A stretch of 64,000 nucleotides of DNA from Candidatus Latescibacterota bacterium (GTDB taxonomy: Bacteria; Latescibacterota; UBA2968; UBA8231), in contig CBDCXV010000011.1 of the NCBI GenBank assembly GCA_965223905.1, forward strand, positions 1,696,001 through 1,760,000, in the 5' to 3' direction. The first letter of the stretch is position 1. The number at the start of each line of letters is the position of its first letter. A model generated the notes under the pieces. That model ran no database searches. It was not told the DNA's origin and saw nothing but the letters and a program-made list of their open reading frames with translations. A program made the position numbers and the translations under genes. Of this stretch, positions 59,780 through 64,000 are shown in pieces.

Positions 59780-60078
59780 GATGGTCCGATCACGCGACAT
59801 GCCTCGATGGGTTTGCAAACGCGGGGGACGGCCGATCTGACGGACATCGACGGCCCGGCGATTCCGTGGGGATCGGGCGTCTCAATGGTGGGACCTCCTG
59901 CCGCACTCCGGCTGCAGTCGCCGCGGTCTCATGGGCACTGACTCCCCGGACAGTCCGGTGACAGAGGGCGCATCCGCGGTAATTCGGCCGCCGCTTCTCT
60001 GAGCACTGCCGTTGCCGCCCCGTCGATTTGCGCCATAACGCCATAAGTTGTTTATGAGGGAGCCCTAAGTTCAATCGA

Positions 60079-61422
60079 TCACTCGAACAGGAGCCAGCCA
60101 CCAAATTCCTGCTCCTTTCCACCGGGGAAGGTGCGAGTCCACTGACTCCATTGGTTACCGCGATAGCTCCGTGACATGCGGCAGCTCCACAGAGTGCCCG
60201 GGTGTGGTTTGGGAAATTCGGTCTTTCCCAGGACAAGCTCATACTCCATTGACCAGAAATCCTCGCCGACATATGCAGCCGCATCGGACTCGGTGCTCCA
60301 AGTGAAGTCCCGTTTCCAGCTGGGGACTCCAGGAGCGCAATCGGCAATGGCTCCGACGGTGTTGATGGTTATTTTGTAGCTCGTGTCAAGGTCGAAGTTC
60401 GTATCCAGAAAGAACTCGATCATATCCTGATTCCACTCGTCTGCATGATCGCGCTCGTGACTCTGTACTTTCAGGCTTTCCGTGTGAGCTTCTTCGCAGT
60501 AGGCACCAAAATACAGTGCCTGGTCTGTATACATGACGTACACCTCGGTGAGACGCTCGGCTATCATGTCGGCGTTATGCAGTTTGCCCCATGTAAAAAA
60601 CGGACTGGCCTTAGCGGCTTGACGCCAAATCTCGTCATCCAGGCGACCGTCCAATTTGGGTGCTTTGCGTACGTGGGGCACGTCCAGGAGCCAACCACTC
60701 TCACGCAGTACTTGCAGTCCGCGATCTCGCTGGCCGTTGTAATAAAAAAATCGCCCCAATCTGAGATTCGCCTTCTTGCTCCTGGGTGAATAGGCCAGGG
60801 CTTCGTGGAACAGAGATTCGGCCACGACTACCTGCCCTTTGAGCTCTTCCGTGCGAGCCTCGGTCAACCACTCCTGGACCCGGTCAGCCACGAGTATCCT
60901 GGCTTCGATGCGGGTGTTCCGGTCCTCGTGGTCCTGCAGGAGCCTGGCCATCTCGTACAGAACCTCCTTTTTATCGGCGTCCAGCTTGTCTTTAATCAGT
61001 CCGACGGCCTTCATCACCTCGCCGCGCACACCCTCGTCTGACGTGTCCTGTAGGGCCTGTATGAAAGCGTCCGCGAATTCCACCCGCTTGTACAGCCCCA
61101 ATTCACGGGCAATCCGGGCCCGCACCCGGGGGTCGGGGTCGGTGAGCAGGTGCCGCTTGAGCGCCGTGGCAATTCTGGGATCCTCGGCGCGGGTCATCAA
61201 GCCAACGAGCACCTCCCCGAGCTCGGGTCGAGCCGCAGTATGTCGACGATCATCAAAAGCTTTCAACAAAACGGGGACGGCATCGCCCTTGGACAGGAGA
61301 AGCTCCTGCTTTGCCCTGTCCAGTTCCTCACCGCTGGAGTCAAGCCGCTCGATGAGATCCTCCACCGATGGTCCGCAAGTCAGCAGGAAGAAACCTGCCA
61401 ATAGCAGGATTGGTCCGAACAT
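60079..61422 (-). CDS. Lipoprotein with HEAT/TPR-like helical region and C-terminal CBM9-like sugar-binding domain
   Basis: Lipobox LLTC, DPDPRVR..IARELG, PKLDGRLDD.IW, QDMIEFFLD, WSMEY. Confidence 0.8.
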   Translation of the reverse strand: MFGPILLLAGFFLLTCGPSVEDLIERLDSSGEELDRAKQELLLSKGDAVPVLLKAFDDRRHTAARPELGEVLVGLMTRAEDPRIATALKRHLLTDPDPRVRARIARELGLYKRVEFADAFIQALQDTSDEGVRGEVMKAVGLIKDKLDADKKEVLYEMARLLQDHEDRNTRIEARILVADRVQEWLTEARTEELKGQVVVAESLFHEALAYSPRSKKANLRLGRFFYYNGQRDRGLQVLRESGWLLDVPHVRKAPKLDGRLDDEIWRQAAKASPFFTWGKLHNADMIAERLTEVYVMYTDQALYFGAYCEEAHTESLKVQSHERDHADEWNQDMIEFFLDTNFDLDTSYKITINTVGAIADCAPGVPSWKRDFTWSTESDAAAYVGEDFWSMEYELVLGKTEFPKPHPGTLWSCRMSRSYRGNQWSQWTRTFPGGKEQEFGGWLLFE

Positions 61423-61526
61423 AGCAGTGATTCCTCCTAATTGTGTCGAGGAAATATCTTCACAAACCTATCGAGCCGGCCGGATCTCGGTTGTCTTTTT
61501 CCGGAGCAGTTCTCCATCTGCTGCGA

Positions 61527-61823
61527 TTATGAGGCGGAACGTCGATAATTCTTCCCGGTAACAGGTCCATACCCAACCTCCACTTCGTAAATCCCTCGAC
61601 CGTCACGGTTGTAGAGCTCCTCGAACTTGACAAGCCGCAAGTAGATGACTTCGAAAAGGAGTTTGTCGAGCACCCTGGACTTCACGGCCTCCGGAGCCGC
61701 CCTCAGCCCCTTTTCGCCGGCGTCAAGCTTTTTTGCCTTCTCAGAGGCGATGGAGAACGTCTGAAATCCGAATCCGACTACACCGAACAGCATGAGAATC
61801 AAGGTGAATCGACTCATCTTCAT
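61527..61823 (-). CDS. Small secreted hypothetical protein, possibly truncated
   Basis: RBS ggaagg and a signal peptide. Confidence 0.45.
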   Translation of the reverse strand: MKMSRFTLILMLFGVVGFGFQTFSIASEKAKKLDAGEKGLRAAPEAVKSRVLDKLLFEVIYLRLVKFEELYNRDGRGIYEVEVGYGPVTGKNYRRSAS

Positions 61824-62007
61824 TAGCAGTACACCCTTCCTTCGGCAGGTTACTCACCCGAGGCTGGGCTGCCGCACCGCCGCTCCGTGGAAGACTACCT
61901 GGGCATTCCCCGGATGGTCACTCCGGCACTGCCGGCGGTGAACCGGACAACGACTCGGCGTTGAGCGCTATCTGCAGACGGATCGACACCGAGGCCGAGC
62001 CCTGGCT

Positions 62008-62116
62008 TGTGAAGGGTTGAGATGTCGCCGTGGCGGAAAGCGCTCCCGGCAAGGCGGCTCCCGGCGCCAGGAGGTGCCGCACCTCGGCTGCAGTCACTGC
62101 GGTCTCATGGGCAATG
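62008..62116 (-). pseudogene. Remnant of a DUF4838 gene 5' end plus its upstream sequence
   Basis: HLLAPGAALPGALSATATSQPFT resembles HLIALGSTLLGSLSAMAASQPFT (59692-59761) and is joined to a copy of 59899-59937. Confidence 0.7.
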
Positions 62117-62293
62117 CTTTCCCCCTGAAATCCCGTGCCCGCGCGGGCCATCCCGTGCATTCGGACGCCGCTGTATTCGAGAGGAAAATGGCGGTTCGAT
62201 CCACAACATCATCCCTGCGATTCTTGCCTCACGTCTCCGCCCCTGCCGCTGCGCACTCGGACCGGCACGCCAAGGCAACAAGCCGGGCAGGGC

Positions 62294-64000
62294 CTACTCG
62301 CGGGCCGCGGTCCCGTAATCCCACGGGAAGGCGAAGGTTGGCTGCCTGGCGTAGCGCTCCATCTCTATCTCAATGCGGGCTCCCGCTCCCGGTGCCAGCC
62401 GCACCCGGAAACTGGAGCCATCGAGCTCCACTTCGTCCTCCCCGGCCGCGGCGCGAACGAACCGGTGCTCTCCGTAGGCTCCTCCCTGCACGACGAGGGC
62501 GCGCTCCTCGCTCTGGTCGAGATTTACCAGCCGCAGCGTCATCGAGTCCGGCCCCAGTTTCTCCACCAGGGCGCCGACATCCTCGGGCAGACCGGCCCGC
62601 TGCCGGACCGGGTCGAAGTAGCGCACGCGGCAGTGCAGCGGGCCGCTGTGTTCGGTAGGCAGACCGCCCAGCATCAGGTGAACGAGGTTGGATACGATGG
62701 CCGGATTGAACGGGTTGGTGTTGTCGGAAAGCCGGGTGTCCGGCGTCGAGGGATCCTGGAGTATGTGCTCCATCCTGCGGCGCAACGTCTCGAAGTCCTC
62801 GCCCAGGGCGGTCACCGGAAAATCCGCATTGCTGCCCTCGAGGAAGCCGGTCCAACCGGAGGTGGTCGAGAGCCGCGACAGGTCCGCCGGGTCCATGGAC
62901 CAGTAGTAGACCTCGAGCGCCCCGTGTGAATACGGCTGCGGCGAGAAGGCGTACCAGCCTTCGTCGCCGTGCATGTGCGGGTACATCTCCCGCCCATCCA
63001 CGACCTTCTTGTTCGACTTGATCTCGTCGAGCATCCCACGCCAGACGTCGACGTAGCGCTGGTCCCCGGTCAGCAACAGGGCGTTGCCGAACCCGGTGAT
63101 GCTCCGGAAGACCGAGTTTCGATGGCTCGGCTCGTAGGACGGAGGAACGGTCACGGTGAAAGCCCAGCCGTAGCAGCCGCCGTACCACTTGCCGTCGCAG
63201 GCCCCGCCGATAGTGCCGTCGAGACCGATGTTGGACGGGATGACGCCGCCGTTCTCCCTGGTGCGGTCGCACCAGGCGTCGACGTATTCGAGCACCCAGT
63301 CCCTGTACCTGGGCTCCCCGGTCAGGGCGTAGGCGTTGAACGCCAGCGCCGTGGCCACCATGTTCTGCGGGTGGTCGCCGACGATGTCGGTGTAGTCCGC
63401 GAAATGTTCGAGCATCTCCTCGAAACTGCGCTCTCCGTGCAGGGCGACGAACCGCCCCTCCACCTCCGCGAGCGGATCGCCTGCCCAGTCGATGGCCGTC
63501 GCCTTGCGCAACAGGGGCCCGCGGCTGCCGTTGAATAGACTGCGGATGATCTTGTGCTCCGGGTCGTAGTTGGGAGCCTGCGGGTCTTCGTTCATGTAGA
63601 AGCCGGCAAAGCGGCGGACCCGGTCCTGAAGGCTGCGCTCGTACGGATCGAAGAGGCCGTGATGGTTGAACGTCGTCAGGCCCTCGGCGTTGTGAACCCA
63701 GTCGAACATGACCGGGAATTCCTTGTAGTACATGCCGTCCCGGGCGAACGGCACCTCGGTGGTCTTTGCCTCCGTGTACTGACGGAGGTGCCCTTCCCAG
63801 GCCAGCTTGCACATCTCCATGAGTGAATCGGAGCCCCCGAGAAGGTAGAGGGTGGGCCAGTGGACGAGGTTCTCGATGGCGTCGTCGGGGCCGTCGTTTC
63901 CACCCCAGCGGGGGATGCATTTCAGGTATCCCCGCTCGTCGAAGTACTTGGCGAAGAAAACCTCGCAGGCCCGGGTCTGGGCGCGAATCAGCTCGCGCTC
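62294..64000 (-). CDS. Conserved hypothetical protein, possible alpha/alpha-toroid glycosidase-like; 5' end beyond the window
   Basis: Frame is open to the window edge. RWGGNDGPDD, DWVHNAEG, IPSNIGLDG, KWYGG.YGW. Confidence 0.75.
   Translation of the reverse strand, partial: ERELIRAQTRACEVFFAKYFDERGYLKCIPRWGGNDGPDDAIENLVHWPTLYLLGGSDSLMEMCKLAWEGHLRQYTEAKTTEVPFARDGMYYKEFPVMFDWVHNAEGLTTFNHHGLFDPYERSLQDRVRRFAGFYMNEDPQAPNYDPEHKIIRSLFNGSRGPLLRKATAIDWAGDPLAEVEGRFVALHGERSFEEMLEHFADYTDIVGDHPQNMVATALAFNAYALTGEPRYRDWVLEYVDAWCDRTRENGGVIPSNIGLDGTIGGACDGKWYGGCYGWAFTVTVPPSYEPSHRNSVFRSITGFGNALLLTGDQRYVDVWRGMLDEIKSNKKVVDGREMYPHMHGDEGWYAFSPQPYSHGALEVYYWSMDPADLSRLSTTSGWTGFLEGSNADFPVTALGEDFETLRRRMEHILQDPSTPDTRLSDNTNPFNPAIVSNLVHLMLGGLPTEHSGPLHCRVRYFDPVRQRAGLPEDVGALVEKLGPDSMTLRLVNLDQSEERALVVQGGAYGEHRFVRAAAGEDEVELDGSSFRVRLAPGAGARIEIEMERYARQPTFAFPWDYGTAARE

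Overview
High-GC bacterial window with no rRNA, tRNA or CRISPR array seen. The gene families and the C-terminal [TS]-[AV]-V-x3-[ST]-W-[GA]-x-[IL]-K tails suggest a Latescibacterota/Poribacteria-like FCB-related organism (inference). The main feature is two paralogous, inverted envelope operons, A (5107-16739, +) and B (37191-50669, -), with the same gene order: an AT-rich sigma70-like promoter, an acidic secreted CBM9/DOMON-like protein with a WGxxK tail, an intrinsic terminator, 2-3 secreted proteins ending in a TPNGDGxND/FlgD-Ig domain resembling a T9SS type-B C-terminal domain (CTD), a conserved ~900-aa Asp/aromatic-rich putative outer-membrane protein, a parvulin-like lipoprotein chaperone and a small lipoprotein. 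I do not recognise this architecture as a described system. Between the operons lies a candidate surface-modification block: two CRTAC1/ASPIC-UnbV proteins, two GT-C/PMT-TPR genes (one decayed), a low-GC HTTM/gamma-carboxylase-like gene, a fused membrane/spermidine-synthase-like gene and a haem-c FG-GAP protein. The rest is carbohydrate-related genes (two DUF4838, GHL10-like, GH-A-like, enolase, Gfo/Idh, DUF6785-like membrane protein), an IS66 that interrupts a duplicated gene, IS3 and ISKra4 remnants, a MITE-like structured element and several frameshifts, some of which may be assembly errors.
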